Shown piece after piece: positions 16,101-30,800 of a stretch of DNA of 64,000 bases. Source of the stretch: Bugula neritina (taxonomy: Eukaryota; Animalia; Bryozoa); the NCBI GenBank assembly GCA_964035545.1, contig OZ037768.1:14889675-14953674 (forward strand), written 5' to 3'. The first letter of the stretch is position 1; each line of letters starts with the position of its first letter. The position numbers and the translations under genes were made by a program. The notes under the pieces were generated by a model. It saw nothing but the letters and a program-made list of their open reading frames with translations, was not told where the DNA came from and did no database searches.

Positions 16101-19100
16101 ACCACTGAAACATACTGCATCATCCTGCAACAAAATGAAGTATACGGTAACACTGAAGCATACTGCAACATACTGTAACATACTAAGACATACTGCAACA
16201 TACCGAAAAATATGGTAACCTACTGAAATATGTTACAAACTATTGAAATATACTGCAGCATACTGCAACATAATGAAATATACTGCAACATACTGAAAGA
16301 TACTGCAAAATACCGAAATACACTATAGAATACCGAAATATACTGCAACATACTGAAACATACTGCAAGATACTGCAAAATACTGAAATACATTGTAAGA
16401 TACCTAAATACACTGCAACATACTGCAACATACTGCAACATATTGAAATACACTGTAACATATTGAAAAACACTGCAACACATTGAAATATACCGCAACA
16501 TACCGAAGTATATGGTAGCCTACTGAAATATACTGCGACATACTGAAATACACTGTAACGTACTAAAACACACTGCAACATACTGAAATACACTGTAACA
16601 AATTGAAATACACTGCAACACACTGAAATATACTGAAACATACCGAAATATAAGGTAACCTACTGAAATATGTTGAAAACTACTGAAATATACTGCAACA
16701 TAATGCAACATAATGAAAGATACTGCAACATACTGAAATAAACTGCAAGATACTGCAACATAATGAAATACACTGCAACACACTGAAGTATACTGTAATA
16801 TACAGAAATGTACTGTAAAATACTGAAATATACTTCAACATACTGAAAAATACCTAAAAATATTGAAACATACTGATATACACTGAAACATACTGAAATA
16901 CACTGCAACACATTGGAATATACTGCAACATACCGAAATATATGGTAACCTACTGAAGTATGTTGCAAACTACTGAAATATATTGCAACATACTGAAATA
17001 CGCCGTAACATACTGAAATACACTGCAACATACTGAAATACACTGTAACAAATTGAAATACACTGCAACACACTGAAATATACTGAAACATACCGAAATA
17101 TAAGGTAACCTACTGAAATATGTTGCAAACCACTGAAACATACTGCATAATCCTGCAACAAAATGAAATAAACGGTAACACTGAAGCAAACTGCAATATA
17201 CTGAGATATACTGCAACATACTGCAACATAATGAAGCATACTGCAACAGACTGAAATATACTGCAACATACTGAAATACACTGTAACATATTGAAATACA
17301 CTGCAACACACTCAAATATACTGAAACATACCGAAATATATGGTAACCTACTGAAATATGTTGCAAACCACTGAAACATACTGCATCATCCTGCAACAAA
17401 ATGAAGTATACGGTAACACTGAAGCATACTGCAACATACTGTAACATACTAAGACATACTGCAACATACCGAAAAATATGGTAACCTACTGAAATATGTT
17501 ACAAGCTATTGAAATATACTGCAGCATACTGCAACATAATGAAATATACTGCAACATACTGAAAGATACTGCAACATACCGAAATACACTATAGAATACC
17601 GAAATATACTGCAACATACTGAAACATACTGCAAGATACTGCAAAATACTGAAATACATTGTAGGATACCTAAATACACTGCAACATACTGCAACATACT
17701 GCAACATATTGAAATACACTGTAACATATTGAAAAACACTGCAACACATTGAAATATACCGCAACATACCGAAGTATATGGTAGCCTACTGAAATATACT
17801 GCGACATACTGAAATACACTGTAACGTACTAAAATACACTGCAACATACTGAATTACACTGTAACATATTGAAATACACTGCAACACACTGAAATATACT
17901 GAAACATACCGAAATATATGGTAACCCACTGAAATATGTTGCAAACCACTGAAATATACTGCAACATACTGCAACATAATGAAGTATACTGCAACAGACT
18001 GAAATATACGGCAAGAAACTGCAACACACTGAAATACACTGTAACATACTGAAGTACACTGCAACATACTGAAAAATACTGCATGATACTGCAACATACT
18101 GATACACATTGTAAGATACTGAAATACACTGCAACATACCGCAACATACTGCAACGTATTGAAATACACTGTAACATATTGAAAAACACTGCAACACATT
18201 GAAATATACTGCAACATACTGAAACATACGACAACATACTGAAATATACTGCGACACATTGAAATATAGTGCAACATACTGAAATATGCTGTAGCATACT
18301 GAAATACACTGCAATACACTGAAGTATACTGTAATATACAGATTCGTACTGTAACATACTGAAACATACGGCAACATACTAAAATATACTACGACACATT
18401 GAAAGATACTGCAACATACTGAAATACACCGTAACATACTAAACTCCACTGCGACATTTTGAAATACACTGTAACACATTAAAATACACTGCAACACATT
18501 GAATTATACTGAAATACATTGTAGGATACTGAAATACACTGCAAGATACTGCAACATACCAAAAAATATGGTAACCTACTGAAATATGTTACAAACTACT
18601 GAAACATACTGCAACATACTGCAACATAATGAAATATACTGCAACATACTGAAAGATACTGCAACATAATGCAACATACTGAAATACACTATAGAATATT
18701 GAAATATACTGCAACATACTGAAATATACAGCAAGATACTGCGAAATACTGAAATACATAGTAAGATACCTAAATACACTGCAACATACTGCAACATACT
18801 GCAACATATTGAAATACACTGTAACATATTGAAAAACACTGCAACACATTGAAATATACCGCAACACACCGAAATATATGGTAGCCTACTGAAATATACT
18901 GCGACATACTGAAATACACTGTAACGTATTGAAATACACTGCAACATACTGAAATACACTGTAACATATTAAAATACACTGCAACACACTGAAATATACT
19001 GAAACATACCGAAATATAAGGTAACCTACTGAAACATGTTGCGAACCACTGAAACATACTGCATAATCCTGCAACAAAATGGAATAAACGGTAACACTGA

Positions 19101-22100
19101 AGCATACTGCAATATACTGAAATATACTGTAACATACTAAGACATACTGCAACATACCGAAATATATGGTAACCTACTGAAATATGTTGCAAACGACTGA
19201 AATATACTGCAACATACTGCAACATATTGAAGTATACTGCAACATACTGAAATATACTGCAAGATACTGCAACATACTGAAATACACTGTAACATACTGA
19301 AATACACTGCAACATACTGAAATATACTGCAAGATACTGCAACATACTGAAACACATTGTAAGATACTGAAATGCACTGCAACATACTGCAACATACTGC
19401 AACGTATTGAAATACACTGCAACATATCGAAAAACACTGCAACACATTGAAATATACTGCAACATACTAAAACATACGGCAACATACTGAAATATACTGC
19501 GACACATTGAAATATAGTGCAACATACTGAAATATGCTGTAGCATACTGAAATACACTGCAATACACTCAAGTATACTGTAATATACAGAAACGTACTGT
19601 AACATACTGAAACATACGGCAACATACTAAAATATACTGCGACACATTGAAACATACTGCAACATACTGAAATACACCAAAACATACTAAACTCCACTGC
19701 AACATTCTGAAATACACTGTAACACATTGAAATACACTGCAACACAGTGAATTACACTGAAATACATTGTAAGATACGGAAACACACTGCAACATACTGC
19801 AACATAATGAAATATATGGTAACCTACTGAAATATGTTGAAAACTACTGAAATATACTGCAACATTATGCAACATAATGAAAGATACTGCAATATACTGA
19901 AATAAACTGCGAGATACTGCAACATACTGAAATACACTGTAACATACTGAAATACACTGTAACATATTGAAATACACTGCGACATACTGCAACATACTGA
20001 AAAACACTGTAACATATTGAAATACACTGCAACACATTGAAATATTCCGCAACATACCGAAATATATGGTAACCTAATGAGATATACTGTAACACGTTGA
20101 AGTACACTGCAACATACTGAAATACACTGCAACCCACTAAATTATACTGTAATTTACAGAAATGTACTGCAACATACTGGAATATACTGCAAGATACTGC
20201 AACATACTGAAATACACTGTAACATACTGCAATACACTGCAACATACTGAAATATACTGCATGATACTGCAACATACTGATACACATTGTAAGATACTGA
20301 AATGCACTGCAACATACTGAAATATACTGCATGATACTGCAACATACTCATACACATTTTAAGATACTGAAATACACTGCAACATACTGAAATATACTGC
20401 ATGATACTGCAACATACTCATACACATTGTAAGATACTGAAATACACTGCAACAAACCGCAACATACTGCAACGTATTGAAATACACTGTAACATATTGA
20501 AAAACACTGCAACACATTGAAATATACTGCAACATACTGAAACATATGGCAACATACTGAAATGTACTGCGACACATTGAAATATAGTGCAACATACTGA
20601 AATATGCTGTAGCATACTGAAATACACTGCAATACACTGAAGTATACTGTAATATACAGAATTGTACTGTAACATACTGAAACATACGGTAACATACTAA
20701 AATATACTGCGACACATTGAAATATACTGCAACATACTGAAATACACCGTAACATACTGAAATACACTGCAACATACTGAAATACACTGTAACATATTGA
20801 AATACACTGCAACACACTGAAATATACTGAAACATACCGAAATATATGGTAACCTACTGAAATATGTTGCAAACCACTGAAACATACTGCATCATCCTGC
20901 AACAAAATGAAATATACGGTAACACTGAAGCATACTGCAATATACTGAAATATACTGTAACATACCGAAAAATATGGTAACCTACTGAAATATGTTACAA
21001 ACTACTGAAACATACTGCAACATACTGCAACATAATGAAACATACTGCAACATAATGAAATACACTGTAACGTACTAAAATACACTGCAACATACTGAAA
21101 TACACTGTAACATAATAAAATACGCTGCAACACACTGAAATATACTGAAACATACCGAAATATATGGTAACCCACTGAAATATGTTGCAAACCACTGAAA
21201 TATACTGCAACATACTGCAACATAATGAAGTATACTGCAACAGACTGAAATATACGGCAAGAAACTGCAACACACTGAAATACACTGTAACATACTGAAG
21301 TACACTGCAACATACTGAAATATACTGCATGATACTGCAACATACTGATACACATTGTAAGATACTGAAATACACTGCAACATACTGAAATATACTGCAT
21401 GATACTGCAACATACTCATACACATTGTAAGATACTGAAATACACTGAAACATACTGATATACACTGAAACATACTGAAATACACTGCAACACATTGGAA
21501 TATACTGCAACATACCGAAATATATGGTAACCTACTGAAGTATGTTGCAAACTACTGAAATATACTGCAACATACTGAAATACGCCGTAACATACTGAAA
21601 TACACTGCAACATACTGAAATACACTGTAACAAATTGAAATACACTGCAACACACTGAAATATACTGAAACATACCGAAATATAAGGTAACCTACTGAAA
21701 TATGTTGCAAACCACTGAAACATACTGCATAATCCTGCAACAAAATGAAATAAACGGTAACACTGAAGCAAACTGCAATATACTGAGATATACTGCAACA
21801 TACTGCAACATAATGAAGTATACTGCAACAGACTGAAATATACTGCAACATACTGAAATACACTGTAACATATTGAAATACACTGCAACACACTGAAATA
21901 TACTGAAACATACCGAAATATATGGTAACCTACTGAAATATGTTGCAAACCACTGAAACATACTGCATCATCCTGCAACAAAATGAAGTATACGGTAACA
22001 CTGAAGCATACTGCAACATACTGTAACATACTAAGACATACTGCAACATACCGAAAAATATGGTAACCTACTGAAATATGTTACAAACTATTGAAATATA

Positions 22101-24857
22101 CTGCAGCATACTGCAACATAATGAAATATACTGCAACATACTGAAAGATACTGCAAAATACCGAAATACACTATAGAATACCGAAATATACTGCAACATA
22201 CTGAAACATACTGCAAGATACTGCAAAATACTGAAATACATTGTAAGATACCTAAATACACTGCAACATACTGCAACATACTGCAACATATTGAAATACA
22301 CTGTAACATATTGAAAAACACTGCAACACATTGAAATATACCGCAACATACCGAAGTATATGGTAGCCTACTGAAATATACTGCGACATACTGAAATACA
22401 CTGTAACGTACTAAAATACACTGCAACATACTGAAATACACTGTAACAAATTGAAATACACTGCAACACACTGAAATATACTGAAACATACCGAAATATA
22501 AGGTAACCTACTGAAATATGTTGAAAACTACTGAAATATACTGCAACATAATGCAACATAATGAAAGATACTGCAACATACTGAAATAAACTGCAAGATA
22601 CTGCAACATAATGAAATACACTGCAACACACTGAAGTATACTGTAATATACAGAAATGTACTGTAAAATACTGAAATATACTTCAACATACTGAAAAATA
22701 CCTAAAAATATTGAAACATACTGATATACACTGAAACATACTGAAATACACTGCAACACATTGGAATATACTGCAACATACCGAAATATATGGTAACCTA
22801 CTGAAGTATGTTGCAAACTACTGAAATATATTGCAACATACTGAAATACGCCGTAACATACTGAAATACACTGCAACATACTGAAATACACTGTAACAAA
22901 TTGAAATACACTGCAACACACTGAAATATACTGAAACATACCGAAATATAAGGTAACCTACTGAAATATGTTGCAAACCACTGAAACATACTGCATAATC
23001 CTGCAACAAAATGAAATAAACGGTAACACTGAAGCAAACTGCAATATACTGAGATATACTGCAACATACTGCAACATAATGAAGTATACTGCAACAGACT
23101 GAAATATACTGCAACATACTGAAATACACTGTAACATATTGAAATACACTGCAACACACTCAAATATACTGAAACATACCGAAATATATGGTAACCTACT
23201 GAAATATGTTGCAAACCACTGAAACATACTGCATCATCCTGCAACAAAATGAAGTATACGGTAACACTGAAGCATACTGCAACATACTGTAACATACTAA
23301 GACATACTGCAACATACCGAAAAATATGGTAACCTACTGAAATATGTTACAAACTATTGAAATATACTGCAGCATACTGCAACATAATGAAATATACTGC
23401 AACATACTGAAAGATACTGCAACATACCGAAATACACTATAGAATACCGAAATATACTGCAACATACTGAAACATACTGCAAGATACTGCAAAATACTGA
23501 AATACATTGTAGGATACCTAAATACACTGCAACATACTGCAACATACTGCAACATATTGAAATACACTGTAACATATTGAAAAACACTGCAACACATTGA
23601 AATATACCGCAACATACCGAAGTATATGGTAGCCTACTGAAATATACTGCGACATACTGAAATACACTGTAACGTACTAAAATACACTGCAACATACTGA
23701 AATACACTGTAACATATTGAAATACACTGCAACACACTGAAATATACTGAAACATACCGAAATATATGGTAACCCACTGAAATATGTTGCAAACCACTGA
23801 AATATACTGCAACATACTGCAACATAATGAAGTATACTGCAACAGACTGAAATATACGGCAAGAAACTGCAACACACTGAAATACACTGTAACATACTGA
23901 AGTACACTGCAACATACTGAAAAATACTGCATGATACTGCAACATACTGATACACATTGTAAGATACTGAAATACACTGCAACATACCGCAACATACTGC
24001 AACGTATTGAAATACACTGTAACATATTGAAAAACACTGCAACACATTGAAATATACTGCAACATACTGAAACATACGACAACATACTGAAATATACTGC
24101 GACACATTGAAATATAGTGCAACATACTGAAATATGCTGTAGCATACTGAAATACACTGCAATACACTGAAGTATACTGTAATATACAGATTCGTACTGT
24201 AACATACTGAAACATACGGCAACATACTAAAATATACTACGACACATTGAAAGATACTGCAACATACTGAAATACACCGTAACATACTAAACTCCACTGC
24301 GACATTTTGAAATACACTGTAACACATTAAAATACACTGCAACACATTGAATTATACTGAAATACATTGTAGGATACTGAAATACACTGCAAGATACTGC
24401 AACATACCAAAAAATATGGTAACCTACTGAAATATGTTACAAACTACTGAAACATACTGCAACATACTGCAACATAATGAAATATACTGCAACATACTGA
24501 AAGATACTGCAACATAATGCAACATACTGAAATACACTATAGAATATTGAAATATACTGCAACATACTGAAATATACAGCAAGATACTGCGAAATACTGA
24601 AATACATAGTAAGATACCTAAATACACTGCAACATACTGCAACATACTGCAACATATTGAAATACACTGTAACATATTGAAAAACACTGCAACACATTGA
24701 AATATACCGCAACACACCGAAATATATGGTAGCCTACTGAAATATACTGCGACATACTGAAATACACTGTAACGTATTGAAATACACTGCAACATACTGA
24801 AATACACTGTAACATATTAAAATACACTGCAACACACTGAAATATACTGAAACATAC
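13124..24857 (+). repeat. 5848-bp tandem duplication (two near-identical copies)
   Basis: Constant ORF-track offset of 5848 (13289/19137, 14500/20348, 15684/21532, 17486/23334, 18576/24424). Rare variants GCGAACC, ATGGAATAAA and GCAACCCACT are shared. Confidence 0.95.
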
Positions 24858-27800
24858 TGAAATACGCCGTAACATACTGAAATACACTGCAACATACTGA
24901 AATACACTGTAACAAATTGAAATACACTGCAACACACTGAAATATACTGAAACATACCGAAATATAAGGTAACCTACTGAAATATATTGAAAACTACTGA
25001 AATATACTGCAACATAATGCAACATAATGAAAGATACTGCAACATACTGAAATAAACTGCAAGATACTGCAACATACTGAAATACACTGCAACACACTGA
25101 AGTATACTGTAATATACAGAAATGTACTGTAAAATACTGAAATATACTTCAACATACTGAAAAATACCTAAAAATATTGAAACATACTGATATACACTGA
25201 AACATACTGAAATACACTGCAACACATTGGAATATACTGCAACATACCGAAATATATGGTAACCTACTGAAGTATGTTGCAAACTACTGAAATATACTGC
25301 AACATACTGAAATACGCCGTAACATACTGAAATACACTGCAACATACTGAAATACACTGTAACAAATTGAAATACACTGCAACACACTGAAATATACTGA
25401 AACATACCGAAATATAAGGTAACCTACTGAAATATGTTGCAAACCACTGAAACATACTGCATAATCCTGCAACAAAATGAAATAAACGGTAACACTGAAG
25501 CAAACTGCAATATACTGAGATATACTGCAACATACTAAGACATACTGCAACATACCTAAATATATGGTAACCTACTGAAATATGTTGCAAACGACTGAAA
25601 TATACTGCCACATACTGCAACATATTGAAGTATACTGCAACATACTGAAATATACTGCAAGATACTGCAATATACTGACATACACTGTAACATACTGAAA
25701 TACACTGCAACATACTGAAATATACTGCAAGATACTGCAACATACTGAAACACATTGTAAGATACTGAAATACACTGCAACATACCGCAACATACTGCAA
25801 CGTATTGAAATACACTGTAACATATTGAAAAACACTGCAACACATTGAAATATACTGCAACATACTAAAACATACGGCAACATACTGAAAAATACTGCGA
25901 CACATTGAAATATAGTGCAACATACTGAAATATGCTGTAGCATACTGAAATACACTGCAATACACTGAAGTATACTGTAATATACAGATTCGTACTGTAA
26001 CATACTGAAGCATACGGCAACATACTAAAATATACTGCGACACATTGAAATATACTGCAACATACTGAAATACACCGTAACATACTAAACTCCACTGCAA
26101 CATTCTGAAATACACTGTAACACATTGAAGTACACTGCAACACAGGGAATTATACTGAAATACATTGTAAGATACGGAAACACACTGCAACATACTGCAA
26201 CATAATGAAATATATGGTAACCTACTGAAATATGTTGAAAACTACTGAAATATACTGCAACATTATGCAACATAATGAAAGATACTGCAATATACTGAAA
26301 TAAACTGCAAGATACTGCAACATACTGAAATACATTGTAACATACTGAAAAACACTGTAACATATTGAAATACACTGCGACATACTGCAACATACTGAAA
26401 AACGCTGTAACATATTGAAATACACTGCAACACATTGAAATATTCCGCAACATACCGAGATATATGGTAAGCTAATGAGATATACTGTAACACGTTGAAC
26501 TACACTGCAACATACTGAAATACACTGCAACACACTAAATTATACTGTAATTTACAGAAATGTACTGCAACATACTGAAATATACTGCAAGATACTGCAA
26601 CATACTGAAATACACTGTAACATACTGAAATACACTGCAACATACTGAAATATACTGCATGATACTGCAACATACTGATACACATTGTAAGATACTAAAA
26701 TGCACTGCAACATACTGAAATATACTGCATGATACTGCTACATACTCATACACATTGTAAGATACTGAAATACACTGCAACATACCGCAACATACTGCAA
26801 CGTATTGAATTACACTGTAACATATTGAAAAACACTGCAACACATTGAAACATACTGCAACATACTGAAACATACGGCAACATACTGAAATATACTGCGA
26901 CACATTGAAATATAGTGCAACATACTGAAATATGCTGTAGCATACTGAAATACACTGCAATACACTGAAGTATACTGTAATATACAGAAACGTACTGTAA
27001 CATACTGAAACATACGGCAACATACTACAATATACTGTGACACATTGAAGTATACTGCAACATACTGAAATACACCGTAACATACTGAAATACACTGCAA
27101 CATACTGAAATACACTGTAACATATTGAAATACACTGCAACACACTGAAATATACTGAAACATACCGAAATATATGGTAACCTACTGAAATATGTTGCAA
27201 ACCACTAAAACATACTGCATCATCCTGCAACAAAATGAAATTTACGGTAACACTGAAGCATACTGCAACATACTGTAACATACTAAGACATACTGCAACA
27301 TACCGAAAAATATGGTAACCTACTGAAATATGTTACAAACTACTGAAACATACTGCAACATACTGCAACATAATGAAATATACTGCAACAAACTGAAAGA
27401 TACTGCAACATACTGAAATACACTATAGAATACCCAAATATACTGCAACATACTGAAATATACTGCAAGATACTGCAAAATACTGAAGTACATTGTAAGA
27501 TACCTAAATACACTGCAACATACTGCAACATACTGCAACATATTGAAATACACTGTAACATATTGAAAAACAGTGCAACACATTGAAATATACCGCAACA
27601 TACCGAAGTATATGGTAGCCTACTGAAATATACTGCGACATACTGAAATACACTGTAACGTACTGAATTACACTGCAACATACTGAAATACACTGTAACA
27701 GATTAAAATACACTGCAACACACTGAAATATACTGAAACATACTGAAATATATGGTAACCCACTGAAATCTGTTGCAGACCACTGAAATATACTGCAACA

Positions 27801-30800
27801 TACTGCAACATAATGAATAATACTGCAACATACTGAAAAATACTGCAAGATACTGCAACATACTGATACACATTGTAAGATACTGAAATACACTGCAACA
27901 TACCGCAACATACTGCAACGTATTGAAATACACTGTAACATATTGAAAAACACTGCAACACATTGAAACATACTGCAACATACTGAAACATACGGCAACA
28001 TACTGAAATATACTGCGACACATTGAAATATAGTGCAACATACTGAAATATGCTGTAGCATACTGAAATACACTGCAATACACTGAAATATACTGTAATA
28101 TACAGATTCGTACTGTAACATACTGAAACATACGGCAACATACTAAAATATACTGCGACACATTGAAATATACTGCAACATACTGAAATACACCGTAACA
28201 TACTAAACTCCACTGCAACATTCTGAAATACACTGTAACACATTGAAATACACTGCAACACAGGGAGTTATACTGAAATACATTGTAAGATACGGAAACA
28301 CACTGCAACATACTGTAACATAATGAAATATAAGGTAACCTACTGAAATATGTTGAAAACTACTGAAATATACTGCAACATAATGCAACATAATGAAAGA
28401 TACTGCAACATACTGAAATAAACTGCAAGATACTGCAACATACTGAAATACACTGCAACACACTGAAGTATACTGTAATATACAGAAATGTACTGTAAAA
28501 TACTGAAATATACTTCAACATACTGAAAAATACCTAAAAATATTGAAACATACTGATATACACTGAAACATACTGAAATACACTGCAACACATTGGAATA
28601 TACTGCAACATACCGAAATATATGGTAACCTACTGAAGTATGTTGCAAACTACTGAAATATACTGCAACATACTGAAATACGCCGTAACATACTGAAATA
28701 CACTGCAACATACTGAAATACACTGTAACATATTGAAATACACTGCAACACACTGAAATATACTGAAACATACCGAAATATATGGTAACCTACTGAAATA
28801 TGTTGCAAACCACTGAAACATACTGCATCATCCTGCAACAAAATGAAATATACGGTAACACTGAAGCTTACTGCAATTTACTGAAATATACTGTAACATA
28901 CTAAGACATACTGCAACATACCGAAAAATATGGTAACCTACTGAAATATGTTACAAACTACTGAAACATACTGCAACATACTGCAACCTAATGAAATATA
29001 CTGCAACATAATGAAATATACTGCAACATACTGAAAGATACTGCAAGTTACTGCAAAATACTGAAATACATTGTAAGATACCTAAATACACTGCAACATA
29101 CTGCAACATACTGCAACGTATTGAAATACACTGTAACATATTGAAAAACACTGCAACACATTGAAATATACTGCAACATACTAAAACATACGGCAACATA
29201 CTGAAATATACTGCGACACATTGAAATATAGTGCAACATACTGAAATATGCTGTAGCATACTGAAATACACTGCAATACACTGAAGTATACTGTAATATA
29301 CAGAAACGTACTGTAACATACTGAAACATACGGCAACATACTAAAATATACTGCGACACATTGAAACATACTGCAACATACTGAAATACACCAAAACATA
29401 CTAAACTCCCCTGCAACATTCTGAAATACACTGTAACACATTGAAATACACTGCAACACAGTGAATTGCACTGAAATACATTGTAAGATACGGAAACACA
29501 CTGCAACATACTGCAACATAATGAAATATATGGTAACCTACTGAAATATGTTGAAAACTACTGAAATATACTGCAACATTATGCAACATAATGAAAGATA
29601 CTGCAATATACTGAGATAAACTGCAAGATACTGCAACATACTGAAATACACTGTAACATACTGAAATACACTGTAACATATTGAAATACACTGCGACATA
29701 CTGCAACATACTGAAAAACGCTGTAACATATTGAAATACACTGCAAGACACTGAAATATTCCGCAACATACCGAAATATATGGTAATCTAATGAGATATT
29801 CTGTAACACGTTGAAGTACACTGCAACATACTGAAATACACTGCAACACACTAAATTATACTGTAATTTACAGAAATGTACTGCAACATACTGGAATATA
29901 CTGCAAGATACTGCAACATACTGAAATACACTGTAACATATTGAAATACACTGCAACACACTGAAATATACTAAAACATACCGAAATATATGGTAACCTA
30001 CTGAAGTATGTTGCAAACTACTGAAATATGTTGCAACATACTGAAATACGCCGTAACATACTGAAATACACTGCAACATACTGAAATACACTGTAACAAA
30101 TTGAAATACACTGCAACACACTGAAATATACTGAAACATACCGAAATATAAGGTAACCTACTGAAATATGTTGCAAACCACTGAAACATACTGCATAATC
30201 CTGCAACAAAATGAAATAAACGGTAACACTGAAGCAAACTGCAATATACTGAGATATACTGCAACATACTGCAACATAATGAAGTATACTGCAACAGACT
30301 GAAATATACTGCAACATACTGAAATACACTGTAACATATTGAAATACACTGCAACACACTCAAATATACTGAAACATACCGAAATATATGGTAACCTACT
30401 GAAATATGTTGCAAACCACTGAAACATACTGCATCATCCTGCAACAAAATGAAGTATACGGTAACACTGAAGCATACTGCAACATACTGTAACATACTAA
30501 GACATACTGCAACATACCGAAAAATATGGTAACCTACTGAAATATGTTACAAACTATTGAAATATACTGCAGCATACTGCAACATAATGAAATATACTGC
30601 AACATACTGAAAGATACTGCAACATACCGAAATACACTATAGAATACCGAAATATACTGCAACATACTGAAACATACTGCAAGATACTGCAAAATACTGA
30701 AATACATTGTAGGATACCTAAATACACTGCAACATACTGCAACATACTGCAACATATTGAACTACACTGTAACATATTGAAAAACACTGCAACACATTGA

